The translations under genes were made by a program, and so were the position numbers. A stretch of 64,000 nucleotides of DNA from Candidatus Gottesmanbacteria bacterium RIFCSPHIGHO2_02_FULL_39_11 (lineage in GTDB: Bacteria > Patescibacteriota > Microgenomatia > 2-02-FULL-39-11). The notes under the pieces are model-generated. The model saw nothing but the letters and a program-made list of their open reading frames with translations, was not told the origin of the DNA and ran no database searches. Within the stretch, counting starts at the first letter, position 1; each line of letters begins with the position of its first letter. The stretch is from assembly GCA_001779195.1 (NCBI GenBank), contig MFJL01000014.1, positions 9,522 through 73,521 of the forward strand, given 5' to 3'. Shown piece by piece: positions 28,450-37,514 of this stretch.

Positions 28450-29702
28450 TTCAGCATATGATCAATCTGATGGGCTAATTTCATCTGGAGAGAATATATT
28501 TCAGTAAACCCGGCACTGGCGTTAACGTTAAACCGATAACCCCCTGTATTGGTAAATGAAGTATGAGCAAGTCCAAAGGGTGATTTTATCGCAACTACGC
28601 TAACGCATCCCTTAAAAAGTCTGACAGTAACTTCTCCTGTTACTTTTTTATTGACAAAGTCGCAAAAAGCATTGATTGAATCCATAATAGGATCATACCA
28701 GAGAGCTCCATAACAGAGATACCCCCATCTGATATCCATCTGAGATTTTAACTCGTTTAACCGCATGGTACAGACATATTTCTCAAGAGCCTTATGTGCT
28801 TCGATGATGACGTGAGCTGCCGGAAGTTCATATACTCCTCCGTTTTTCAACCCTATTAATCTGTCCTCGACCATATGGACAACTCCGACCCCGTGTCTTC
28901 CTGCAACAGTATTCAGGTTCATAATAAGCTTACTAAGGGAAAGATTTTTTCCGTTTAACCTAACCGGGATACCCTTTTCAAATGTAAGTTTTATCAGTTC
29001 TTCCTTATCGGGAGCATTTTTAGGAAGAGTATAGGTTGTCAAAAACTTCTCAACCGGAGAAATTATTTCAGGCTCCTCAATCTCCCCTCCTTCCCAAGTC
29101 ATGCCCCACATATTATCATCAACGCTGTATGGAAAATCTATACTCGCCGGAACCGGGATATGGTGGTTTTTGGCATATGCAATCTCTTCATTTCTGTCCA
29201 TATTCCATTCCCTGACAGGCGCAATAATTTTCATATTAGGATTAAGAGTTAAAATATATCCTTCAATTCTTACCTGATCATTTCCTTTTCCGGTACACCC
29301 ATGAGCTATGCAGTCGGCGCCTTCATGAATACCTACTTCTACTGCTTTTTTTGCCAAAATTGCCCGTCCCATGGGAGTAGAAAGATGGTAATCTCCCTGG
29401 TAGCTTGCATTTGCTTTAATTCCTTTGGATAAATACTCATTCGCAAACTCTTCTCTAACATCCAGTGTAATTGCTTTAACCGCTCCTAATTTTAGAGCTT
29501 TTTTCTTTATTTTTTCTAAATCATCATGCTGTTGACCTAAATTAAGCGTGAGAGCAATAATCTCGGGGGTGTAATGATCGGAAATCCATCTCAGCATTAC
29601 ACTCGTATCCAATCCCCCTGAATACAGAAGTAAAACTTTTTTAACGTCACTGACTTTTGCTTCGTAAGAAGCAACTTTCACATACTTAGTTTTTTCTCTC
29701 AT
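28446..29702 (-). CDS. argG: Argininosuccinate synthase
   Basis: Motifs YSGGLDTS, AHGCTGKGNDQVR, YSVDDNMWG and EDRLIGLK. Confidence 0.96.
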   Translation of the reverse strand: MREKTKYVKVASYEAKVSDVKKVLLLYSGGLDTSVMLRWISDHYTPEIIALTLNLGQQHDDLEKIKKKALKLGAVKAITLDVREEFANEYLSKGIKANASYQGDYHLSTPMGRAILAKKAVEVGIHEGADCIAHGCTGKGNDQVRIEGYILTLNPNMKIIAPVREWNMDRNEEIAYAKNHHIPVPASIDFPYSVDDNMWGMTWEGGEIEEPEIISPVEKFLTTYTLPKNAPDKEELIKLTFEKGIPVRLNGKNLSLSKLIMNLNTVAGRHGVGVVHMVEDRLIGLKNGGVYELPAAHVIIEAHKALEKYVCTMRLNELKSQMDIRWGYLCYGALWYDPIMDSINAFCDFVNKKVTGEVTVRLFKGCVSVVAIKSPFGLAHTSFTNTGGYRFNVNASAGFTEIYSLQMKLAHQIDHMLK

Positions 29703-31050
29703 AAGAGACTCCCAGTTTTTTTAAAATGTTTAAATAATAGTTGTGTTTTTCTTTCCACCAAATTTTACTTTTCTGTGCATTTTTTCTCGCTTTTTTTAAC
29801 ATAAGATTTCCTGTGCCTCCCAGGTGGGTTGATAACTTTATAATTTCCGCTGGATCAAACAGAGGAAGACTACCCAAAGACTTTCCGATTTTTTTATAAG
29901 CGTCCCTAAAGGGCATCCCCTTTTTTACCAGCAAATAAGAAGCATGCACTGCAAAAATTTCAGGCGTGAAAGACTTTTTCAGCATCTGTGTATTCGGTTC
30001 AATTGAATTAATAACTAATTTGCATATGCTTAGCGCATCTTTAACCATTTCAATGCTTTTTATGAAAGGATATTTAGTCTCTGCAAAATCTCCCTGATAT
30101 CCTGAGGGCAATCCGGCAATAATTCCCGCAATACTTTGCTCAAAGGAAATAACAACATGAGTTCTGGCTCTTAAACTCTCCAGAACATCCAAATTTTTCT
30201 TTTGAGGCATGATGCTGGATCCAGTTGATAATGTTTTATCAACATTAAAAAAATTAAATTCGCTTGTTGTAAAAAGAAGAATATCGGAAGCAAACCGGGA
30301 TAGTGTCAGCATAATCTGAAGTGCTGCATGCATAACAATCAAATGAGATTTACCCCGGGAACTTCCCGCATACAAGCTGTTGCTTTGAACCCGTTTAAAT
30401 CCTAAAAGTTTTGCGGTCAATTCTCTATCCAGCACCAAGGGAACACCATAAGAAGCAGCTGATCCCAAAGGAGACTGGTCATTAATTATAAATGCGCATT
30501 TAAGCATGTTCAGATCGTCAGTCAAGCTTTCTGCAAAACTCCCCGACCACATTCCGACTGAGGAGGGCATTGCCTTCTGCATATGAGTGTATCCGGGCAT
30601 GGGAACAAGCTTATATTTATCTGCAAAATCTAAAAAAGAAGAAACTAGTCTATGGCATAAAAATGAAATCTTAAACAGGTTTTCTTTTGTAAAAAGCCTA
30701 AGATCGGTAAGTACCTGGTCGTTTCTGCTTCTGCCTGTGTGGATTTTCTTGCCTAAATCACCTAGCTTTGAGACTAAATAATTTTCAACTTTTGTATGTA
30801 CATCCTCATCGCCCAATTCAACTTTAAACTTTCTCTTTTTCTCGAGTTTTATTATCTCAATAAGAGCATGTTTCAGCTTTTTAAATTCCTCTTTTGTCAG
30901 AACATCTATTTGACAAAGCATTTGAGCATGAGAAATTGATCCTAAGACATCAGGAACAATAAGTACATTATCCAAAAGCGCTGTATCGCCGAAACAATAC
31001 GTTTCAGCCAATTTATTCTGTGAGTAGTCTTTTTGCCATAATTTTTCCAT
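29686..31050 (-). CDS. argH: Argininosuccinate lyase
   Basis: Motifs KLW, EDVH, HTGRSRNDQ, MPGYTHMQKA, GSSIMPQKKN and GMPFRDAY. Confidence 0.96.
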   Translation of the reverse strand: MEKLWQKDYSQNKLAETYCFGDTALLDNVLIVPDVLGSISHAQMLCQIDVLTKEEFKKLKHALIEIIKLEKKRKFKVELGDEDVHTKVENYLVSKLGDLGKKIHTGRSRNDQVLTDLRLFTKENLFKISFLCHRLVSSFLDFADKYKLVPMPGYTHMQKAMPSSVGMWSGSFAESLTDDLNMLKCAFIINDQSPLGSAASYGVPLVLDRELTAKLLGFKRVQSNSLYAGSSRGKSHLIVMHAALQIMLTLSRFASDILLFTTSEFNFFNVDKTLSTGSSIMPQKKNLDVLESLRARTHVVISFEQSIAGIIAGLPSGYQGDFAETKYPFIKSIEMVKDALSICKLVINSIEPNTQMLKKSFTPEIFAVHASYLLVKKGMPFRDAYKKIGKSLGSLPLFDPAEIIKLSTHLGGTGNLMLKKARKNAQKSKIWWKEKHNYYLNILKKLGVSYERKN

Positions 31051-31100
31051 AAAAAAAGCCCCTTCCGCCTTTCATCAGAAGATGAAAGACTGATAGGGGC
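31051..31100 (-). terminator. Intrinsic terminator of the T-box leader
   Basis: GCCCCT-atcag-TCTTTCATC-ttct-GATGAAAGG-cgga-AGGGGC followed by T7; mutually exclusive with the antiterminator. Confidence 0.85.
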
Positions 31101-31345
31101 GATTAATAAACCGCGGTACCACCCTGTTTCTTTTATCCCATTAAAAAATCCGCCCTGTGGCGGATGCAAACTCGTTTGAGATAAAACTCATTCAAGCGCT
31201 CCGTTTCCGACACGCTTTGTCTTATTTGTACGGTTGACTTCCGTCGTAGTTATTCCTTCGACTTTGCTCAGGATTTTTCCTACGCAGCGTTTCGACATTC
31301 GTGCCGAATCATCTACTGCGGTAGACTTATACGCTTTTGCAATAT
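31051..31345 (-). ncRNA. T-box riboswitch leader (Arg specifier CGC) upstream of argH-argG
   Basis: T-box motif AGGGTGGTACCGCG at 31125-31112 with its antiterminator partner CGCCCCT at 31101-31095 and an overlapping terminator. The Stem I S-turn AGTA (31317-31314) lies opposite GAAA-CGC (31293-31287). The 5' end is estimated from the -10 box. Confidence 0.88.
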
Positions 31346-31351
31346 GAAATT

Positions 31352-31359
31352 AGTATACA
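31352..31359 (-). promoter_or_regulatory. Putative -10 box (TGTATACT) for the T-box leader
   Basis: Lies between the upstream GT2 stop and the start of the structured leader. Confidence 0.55.
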
Positions 31360-31375
31360 TCCTTTTGATAAAAAA

Positions 31376-32278
31376 TCAAATTTTGAAAAGTGAAACCAAT
31401 CTTTTAAACTCAATTGCACCAAGGATTAACCCTTTAACCCACCATGGGTATCTCTTCTGATAATGTTTTTTGTAAAATATTTTCATCACATCAAACCGGG
31501 CATTTGTGGCTTTTATCTTTGTCTCACGTGTTACGTTTGATAGGTCTATGGAATGCTTTTTTATCCCACTGCTCACTCCTTTATAATGCAGAATGGATAC
31601 CTGAGGAATATAGATAATTTTGCCTCCTTTTTCTTTTATGCGAAAGCAGAAATCCAAATCCTCCCCATACCAGAAATAGTCTTCATCCAGCCACCCAACT
31701 CTTTCCCCTGCGCTTCTTCTGATTAGAAGACATGCTCCTACTCCGCTGTCAATTTCATGAACTTTGTCTAAGTCTTTATACCCTAAATGATATCCATTTA
31801 ATAAATTACTATTTGGAAATAGTTTGCTAATCCCTAAAAAGTGGCAGAATGCATTCCATGGAGTAGGAAATCCTCTATGAGATGCATCATCCATCTGACC
31901 ATTTAGCAATACTATTTTAGGCGTTACAACAGCAACATCTGAATGACTGTCCAGATAGGAAACTAATGTTTCAATCGTTTTATCACTAATTACCGTATCA
32001 GGATTTAGAAGAAGAACGTAGTCTCCTTTTGATTTTTTTATAAGAATGTTGTTCGCTTTTGCAAATCCTACATTTATATCGCTTTGAAATACTTCTATAT
32101 CCTTAAAAGTTTTTTTAATGTAATCAAAACTTCCATCTGTTGAGGCATTATCCATTACTAAAATTTCGTACGTTAAATTATTAGGAATGCTTTTTTTAAG
32201 CGAGTCAACGCATTCCTTTATAAGGTTTTTAGAATTAAACGCAACTATAATAATAGATAATTTAAGATTTTTTGCCAT
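31376..32278 (-). CDS. GT2 glycosyltransferase (WbbL-like)
   Basis: Motifs LSIIIV, DNASTDGS, GFAKANN, LLNPD and YGEDLD. Start moved to the ATG at 32278. Confidence 0.92.
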   Translation of the reverse strand: MAKNLKLSIIIVAFNSKNLIKECVDSLKKSIPNNLTYEILVMDNASTDGSFDYIKKTFKDIEVFQSDINVGFAKANNILIKKSKGDYVLLLNPDTVISDKTIETLVSYLDSHSDVAVVTPKIVLLNGQMDDASHRGFPTPWNAFCHFLGISKLFPNSNLLNGYHLGYKDLDKVHEIDSGVGACLLIRRSAGERVGWLDEDYFWYGEDLDFCFRIKEKGGKIIYIPQVSILHYKGVSSGIKKHSIDLSNVTRETKIKATNARFDVMKIFYKKHYQKRYPWWVKGLILGAIEFKRLVSLFKI

Positions 32279-33458
32279 AATATGCCCCTTCATAAATTCG
32301 ATCCAGATGTGAGGCAATTGTTTTCCAATTGAAGTTTTTTTCAACAAATGCCCGTCCTTCATAGGCAAGTCTTTCTGATAATTTGGGATTGGTTAAGACT
32401 TGAATTGTTTTATGAGCAAGTTCCTCAGGTGTCTCACCAATTAATGCATTTTTCCCGTCAACGGCGTTTAATCCTTCAATCCCAATTGATGTTGTGACGA
32501 CAGGAAGTCCGGATGCCATGGATTCAAGTATTTTATACCGGGTACCTCCCGGGCCGTATATGGGGGCAAGCATTACATCGGCGTTTGAGTATGCATCCGT
32601 AATGTTTTTAATATCAGATGAGACTTTGACCCAATCTGATTCATATTTTTTAAGAGACTCGGGAGCTGATCTTCCGACAATCCAGAGATTTGCCTGGGGC
32701 ATTTCCTTTCTTATAAGCGGCCATATTTTCTGCAAAAGTATCTCAACTGCCTCCCGGTTTTGAAGCCACTTAAACTGACCTACAAAAAGAATTGTTTTTT
32801 TCTTTCCGGTATTTTTTTTGCGGTTTATTTTGAAAAATTGGGCATCCACTCCATTGGGAACTAAATCAACGTTAATTCCCGGAACTAAATCCTCCATTAT
32901 TTTTTTATCAGCTTCAGACATAGCAACTACTCTTTTTGCATCTTTCCAGTATTTTTTTTCAAAATATCTGATTTTTAAGACATCAAAAAGCATGAGTATT
33001 TTTACAGGTAAAAATGTTACGGTTTCCGTATAGTGTTTATACACCAGATATTCAATGGTTTGTTCCACGAGAATTGTCGGCGTTGTGGTTTTTGGGATAT
33101 TGGGAAGCACATAAAATGTCTCAGCGTGGATAAGATCAAACCTCTTATTTTCAACAAGCTTGGCAATCTGAGATCTGACACTTCTTCTAAGATACAGACA
33201 TACAACCAAGGGATAAATGCTGATTGCTGACAATACCAGACTTTTTAACGACCACGGTTTCCTTTTTTGAAAAACATAAACACTTTCACAAAATTTCCTC
33301 AGCTCCTCTATATATTTTTTTTCACTATCATCCCGGATAAAAGAAACAAGGGTAATATGATGTTTGTGGGAAAGATTCTTCAGAAGATTGTATGTCCGTA
33401 TCTGGCCTCCGGAATACAACGGATAGGGCAAATAGGGAGTAAGCATCAGTATCTTCAT
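32262..33458 (-). CDS. GT4 glycosyltransferase
   Basis: Motifs MKILML, PYPLYSGGQIR, VPNGVD and GGTRYKILESMASGLPVV. Confidence 0.92.
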   Translation of the reverse strand: MKILMLTPYLPYPLYSGGQIRTYNLLKNLSHKHHITLVSFIRDDSEKKYIEELRKFCESVYVFQKRKPWSLKSLVLSAISIYPLVVCLYLRRSVRSQIAKLVENKRFDLIHAETFYVLPNIPKTTTPTILVEQTIEYLVYKHYTETVTFLPVKILMLFDVLKIRYFEKKYWKDAKRVVAMSEADKKIMEDLVPGINVDLVPNGVDAQFFKINRKKNTGKKKTILFVGQFKWLQNREAVEILLQKIWPLIRKEMPQANLWIVGRSAPESLKKYESDWVKVSSDIKNITDAYSNADVMLAPIYGPGGTRYKILESMASGLPVVTTSIGIEGLNAVDGKNALIGETPEELAHKTIQVLTNPKLSERLAYEGRAFVEKNFNWKTIASHLDRIYEGAYYGKKS

Positions 33459-33459
33459 A

Positions 33460-36400
33460 CTATCTTTGGGGAAGATCTTTATCCGGTACTAATTGAATAA
33501 GAATATAGTTAGGCAACTCCTGAATAATTTTATATCCTTTTGTGCTTTCTTTATTCAGAGCTTCTCTCATGAGCTGCTGGGTCACATCATCATAATTTAG
33601 GGATACATAATAATCAGCTCCCTTTTTAACAAGGCTGTCAATTGGCTCGGTGAGAACAGGCCATCCCCACCGGTGGGTCTGGTATAAAAACGCGGTATCT
33701 CCATTATAGGGAGCAACCACAAGCGCTTTATCCGGAGTGTATTTTTCAACAGCCAAGCCTGCTTCAATAATTTCAGGATGATTGATATTGTAATAGTCTT
33801 TAATAAAATACCATCCGAACATCAGCATAAAAATAAAACATATCAAAACAAAGGGATAGACAAAAACCCTATTAAATATCTTTCCTGCATGATCCAGAAG
33901 AAAAACTACTCCCTTAGCGGCAAAAATACATAGAATAGGCACTATAAATATCTGATAATAATCATGCCTTACATTTCCCGTTGCAATAACAACAAGATAC
34001 AAAAGTGCTCCGAGTCCCCATATATGAAAAACCCATCCTTCCTTCGGTTTTTTAAACAGGAGTCCCAGAGAAACAAAAACAACGCCCCAGTAGCCCAGAA
34101 TAAGTCTTCCAATTCGGTCTGCAAATATCCAGTAAAACCAGGCACCTTTGAACCGAATTCCGTCTCCGTTTAAAAGCCAAGTATATGCCGGGACTCCTTC
34201 AGGGAAATTGGCAACCCATTTTCTCCATAAGAGAAGTGGAATAAGTGTCGCAAAAAGCGCAATTCCGATTGCAAGCAACGTTGAAAAAGAAAGCTTAAGT
34301 CTTCTGATAAATACATATATAACAACAGGATATAAAAAGAGTGAGATGGGCTTAATTAAAGCAGCTCCGGATGCAAAGAGAAGGGCTAAAATGCCCGTTA
34401 ATATTAATTTAAGAATGATCCTTTTTTCTCTTTTTCCCTTACTGAATAAGGCAAGATGTATGGCAAATGTATCAAAGAAATAAATCATTCCGACAGATAA
34501 AGAAGCCAAAAGGGGTTCGGGCAAAATGACACGGCTGAAAAAAATATTGTATGGAATAACCGCAAAAAATATGGCAGTTAAAACCGATTCGCGTCTTCCT
34601 AAGAATCGTCTGGCAATAAGAAAAAGAAATATAATAGAGAGCAGGCTTGCAAATATGGAAGTCAGACGGCCTGAAATTTCAATCGTGTAACCGACAAAAA
34701 TCTTGTCCGTGACAGTTGAAAAAAAGTTGTACAAAGGAAATTCTACCATCCGGTATCCGTTGGGATTGTCCTTTCCGGATGCTACATTTGAAAGGTCATG
34801 GTAGGTAGGATACAAAAGATTAATTCCGTTTCTGACAAAACTGCGCGTTACCGAGGAAGTATCTGCCTGCCTCCATGAATGCCAGTCAGCAATAGGAGAA
34901 GTGATTTTATAAAGCCTGACGAAAAAAGCTAAGCCTAAAATAACCAGAAGAATAAATAAGTCCCCTTTTATAAAATGAAGAATACGGACCCTCGTACCTA
35001 TAAAAAATTCCGAGAGATCAGGAATGGAAGGCTTATCAACAGGACCTTTATGATCTTTTTTTAGAATCATAAGAGCAGAGAGGATAATTCCGCTTATTGC
35101 CCAAAACGTAAATGCGACTTTGGATGAAACAAATACATCAATATAAACTGCATTTGCAAAAAGCCCCATTGAAAGTCCGATAAATCCTGCAAAAAGAGAG
35201 AAAAATATAGGATCCTGCGCCACTTTAAGGTTTCTCCACACCAGATACATAGCTACGATGACGGTTCCGTAAAAAGCTACAAATCCCAAGATTCCCGTCT
35301 CCCCCAAGGTTCTAAGATAATCATTGTCGGTTGATTCCGCATCGGTAAAATCAGTAACATTTTGCTTATTAAGAGTTGCGTATCCGCTCCCCAGCAGGGG
35401 ATCCCGTTTAAATCCCGCAATAGCCATAGGCCAAAGTGCATCCAGACGTATCGCGGTTGAAAGATCATATCGAAACGCGGTGTTGGAATAGGTTCTATTT
35501 GTTGGAGTTAATACAGAACTGTCTGTAGCTGTTGGAATCAAAAGAGGGACATCCTCGTATACATCGCTCGGCCGACGGAGTGAAGGAGGCATATCACTCT
35601 TTGAGGTAATCTGAGATATGATATCGGAATTATTTTCAAGAAAAAGAGCGTTTTGAGTAGGCCTTTGAGCAAGAGGAGACATAAAAAGTGACTTGATATT
35701 TCCCAGTCTTTCATCCAACTTTAACAGTTTAGTAAACCGTTCAGACAGGTCCCCAAAAGACAGCATAAGAACAATAGATAAGGTAATCACCCCTATCCAC
35801 CGTGCTACCGACCATGCAATCCCCTTCCGATATGCCCATATGAAAAACATAAAAGTCAGTCCTCCCAGATAGGCAAGAAAAGAGATTCGAGAGGCAGTAA
35901 GTATTAGAGTCCAAAAAGCTGCTCCTATAATTACAAAAACACCAGCTCGTAAGTACCACCTCTTTACTGCAAAAAATAGACTCCACAAGAGAATAAGCAC
36001 CATCATGATAAAAGCCGCAAGATCATAGTGACCTCCGAATGTTGAGAGAACCCGGGCATGTTCCGTAAGATACAAAACCCAGCCCTTAGAAAACTCCCGA
36101 TTCATAGTAGAAAAAGCCGGCCAATATAGATATTTTTGACCAAACCCATACACTGCTACACACACAACAGTAGCTAGAAGAATTCCGATTAATATTTTCA
36201 CCTGCTTGAGATTTCTAATCGACGAAAAAAGAATAAAAAACAGTGAAAAATACTCAATACGTCTGAGGTAATGAAGAACCATTTTGCCGATATGTAGAGT
36301 CTGTAAAGGAACTGTTTGGATGACAAAAACAGCCGTAATCATGGTCAAAAACCCGAAAGTAAGATAAATTAAAATTGGTTTAAACAGGGGATAGTCAGAT

Positions 36401-36603
36401 AGCTTTGTTTTTCCCCGAATGAGGTAGAAAAGCCAGAGTAAAATCGCAAAACTTACTATAAAATCCTCAATTCTTACTCGGACTATATATCCGGGAAGAG
36501 CATCTAAAAGAGGAAGCTTAGGCATAAGAGGAATAAAAGCGATCAAAAACGCCGAGAAGGCAAATAAGAGATGGCTATCCAGCCACTTCAAAAGCTTTAT
36601 CAT
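33460..36603 (-). CDS. Fusion of an O-antigen ligase/Wzy_C-like domain and an ArnT/PMT-like GT-C glycosyltransferase
   Basis: N-half carries RVLSTFGG, LTASR, PLLGSG and DNDYLRTLGETGILG. C-half carries RLY, DWHSWRQADT, EFPLY, GRLTS, FSR..LPE and HDYYQ. It is one continuous 1047-aa ORF. Confidence 0.8.
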   Translation of the reverse strand: MIKLLKWLDSHLLFAFSAFLIAFIPLMPKLPLLDALPGYIVRVRIEDFIVSFAILLWLFYLIRGKTKLSDYPLFKPILIYLTFGFLTMITAVFVIQTVPLQTLHIGKMVLHYLRRIEYFSLFFILFSSIRNLKQVKILIGILLATVVCVAVYGFGQKYLYWPAFSTMNREFSKGWVLYLTEHARVLSTFGGHYDLAAFIMMVLILLWSLFFAVKRWYLRAGVFVIIGAAFWTLILTASRISFLAYLGGLTFMFFIWAYRKGIAWSVARWIGVITLSIVLMLSFGDLSERFTKLLKLDERLGNIKSLFMSPLAQRPTQNALFLENNSDIISQITSKSDMPPSLRRPSDVYEDVPLLIPTATDSSVLTPTNRTYSNTAFRYDLSTAIRLDALWPMAIAGFKRDPLLGSGYATLNKQNVTDFTDAESTDNDYLRTLGETGILGFVAFYGTVIVAMYLVWRNLKVAQDPIFFSLFAGFIGLSMGLFANAVYIDVFVSSKVAFTFWAISGIILSALMILKKDHKGPVDKPSIPDLSEFFIGTRVRILHFIKGDLFILLVILGLAFFVRLYKITSPIADWHSWRQADTSSVTRSFVRNGINLLYPTYHDLSNVASGKDNPNGYRMVEFPLYNFFSTVTDKIFVGYTIEISGRLTSIFASLLSIIFLFLIARRFLGRRESVLTAIFFAVIPYNIFFSRVILPEPLLASLSVGMIYFFDTFAIHLALFSKGKREKRIILKLILTGILALLFASGAALIKPISLFLYPVVIYVFIRRLKLSFSTLLAIGIALFATLIPLLLWRKWVANFPEGVPAYTWLLNGDGIRFKGAWFYWIFADRIGRLILGYWGVVFVSLGLLFKKPKEGWVFHIWGLGALLYLVVIATGNVRHDYYQIFIVPILCIFAAKGVVFLLDHAGKIFNRVFVYPFVLICFIFMLMFGWYFIKDYYNINHPEIIEAGLAVEKYTPDKALVVAPYNGDTAFLYQTHRWGWPVLTEPIDSLVKKGADYYVSLNYDDVTQQLMREALNKESTKGYKIIQELPNYILIQLVPDKDLPQR

Positions 36604-37495
36604 AAAGTTCCTTGCGAGATTTATGCTTAGGTATTATACCAAATAAGATGCTTCTAAGCTTAATTCCTGCTTGTAGCAGAAGCTGAACCGTCTTCTGCTG
36701 CCACCGAGGCTTATATTTCCTGTAAAAATAAAGGATAAATTTAAATTCTTCAATGATTCCCGCGTCCTTGCCTATTCTTGATGAACCACCTTTGTCATGT
36801 ATAATTTGAATAGAAGGATCTAATTTTACCTCATATCCGGCCCATTTTATGCGAAAGCACCATTCTACCTCTTCTCCATACATAAAGAGAGATTCATCTA
36901 ACAGTCCAATCTTATCAACAACCTCTTTCCTAGCCATGAAATATGCTCCACTCACCCAGTCTACGTTCTGAGACTTTTTGTAAAATCCTGAATTTTCCAC
37001 ATGGTATGGCTTTAAAAAGTGATTCAGTAAAGGAATATCATCAACAAAGAACATCCAGTTAAAAACAGAAATTAAAGTAGGGAAAAAACCAGCAGACTTT
37101 TGCAATGTTCTATCTTCATACACGAGTTTTCCCCCGACAACTCCTAGAGATTTATCTTTTTTAAAATCTTCAATCGATTTTTCAATTGCCCGGTCATTTA
37201 CTCTGGCATCCGTATTTAAAAGAAGAATATACTCCCCTTTTGACTTTAAAATTGCCTGATTATTTGCCTTTGCAAATCCCACATTTTCTTTATTTTCGAT
37301 AAGCGTAACTCTAGGAAAGTTCTCCTTTAATGTTTTCAGGCTTTCATCAGATGAAGCATTATCAACAACCATTATTTCGCTCTTGTCTGTTAGATTTGAA
37401 ATTCTTAATGAGTTATATAGAGAATCAAGACAGGATTTAAGAAGAGAGGACGTATTGTAGTTGACGATAACAATAGATAAAAGACGCTTGTCCAC
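36575..37495 (-). CDS. GT2 glycosyltransferase (WbbL-like)
   Basis: Motifs LSIVIVNYN, VDNASSD, GFAKANN, LLNTD, DWVSGA and FMYGEE. Confidence 0.92.
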   Translation of the reverse strand: MDKRLLSIVIVNYNTSSLLKSCLDSLYNSLRISNLTDKSEIMVVDNASSDESLKTLKENFPRVTLIENKENVGFAKANNQAILKSKGEYILLLNTDARVNDRAIEKSIEDFKKDKSLGVVGGKLVYEDRTLQKSAGFFPTLISVFNWMFFVDDIPLLNHFLKPYHVENSGFYKKSQNVDWVSGAYFMARKEVVDKIGLLDESLFMYGEEVEWCFRIKWAGYEVKLDPSIQIIHDKGGSSRIGKDAGIIEEFKFILYFYRKYKPRWQQKTVQLLLQAGIKLRSILFGIIPKHKSRKELYDKAFEVAG

Positions 37496-37514
37496 ATTAT
37501 TTATTCCACTGCAC

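Noticed and set aside
30942-31169. 75-aa ORF over the argH leader as a possible attenuator peptide
   Set aside because: It overlaps the T-box structure and runs out of frame into argH; the T-box explains the region.
31291-31326. Alternative fold of the T-box 5' region into twin hairpins with CGCA and CGAA loops (both contain Arg codons)
   Set aside because: It is mutually exclusive with the fold that gives a canonical AGUA/GAA S-turn and GAAA-CGC register, which fits known T-boxes better. It is kept only as a possible alternative conformer.
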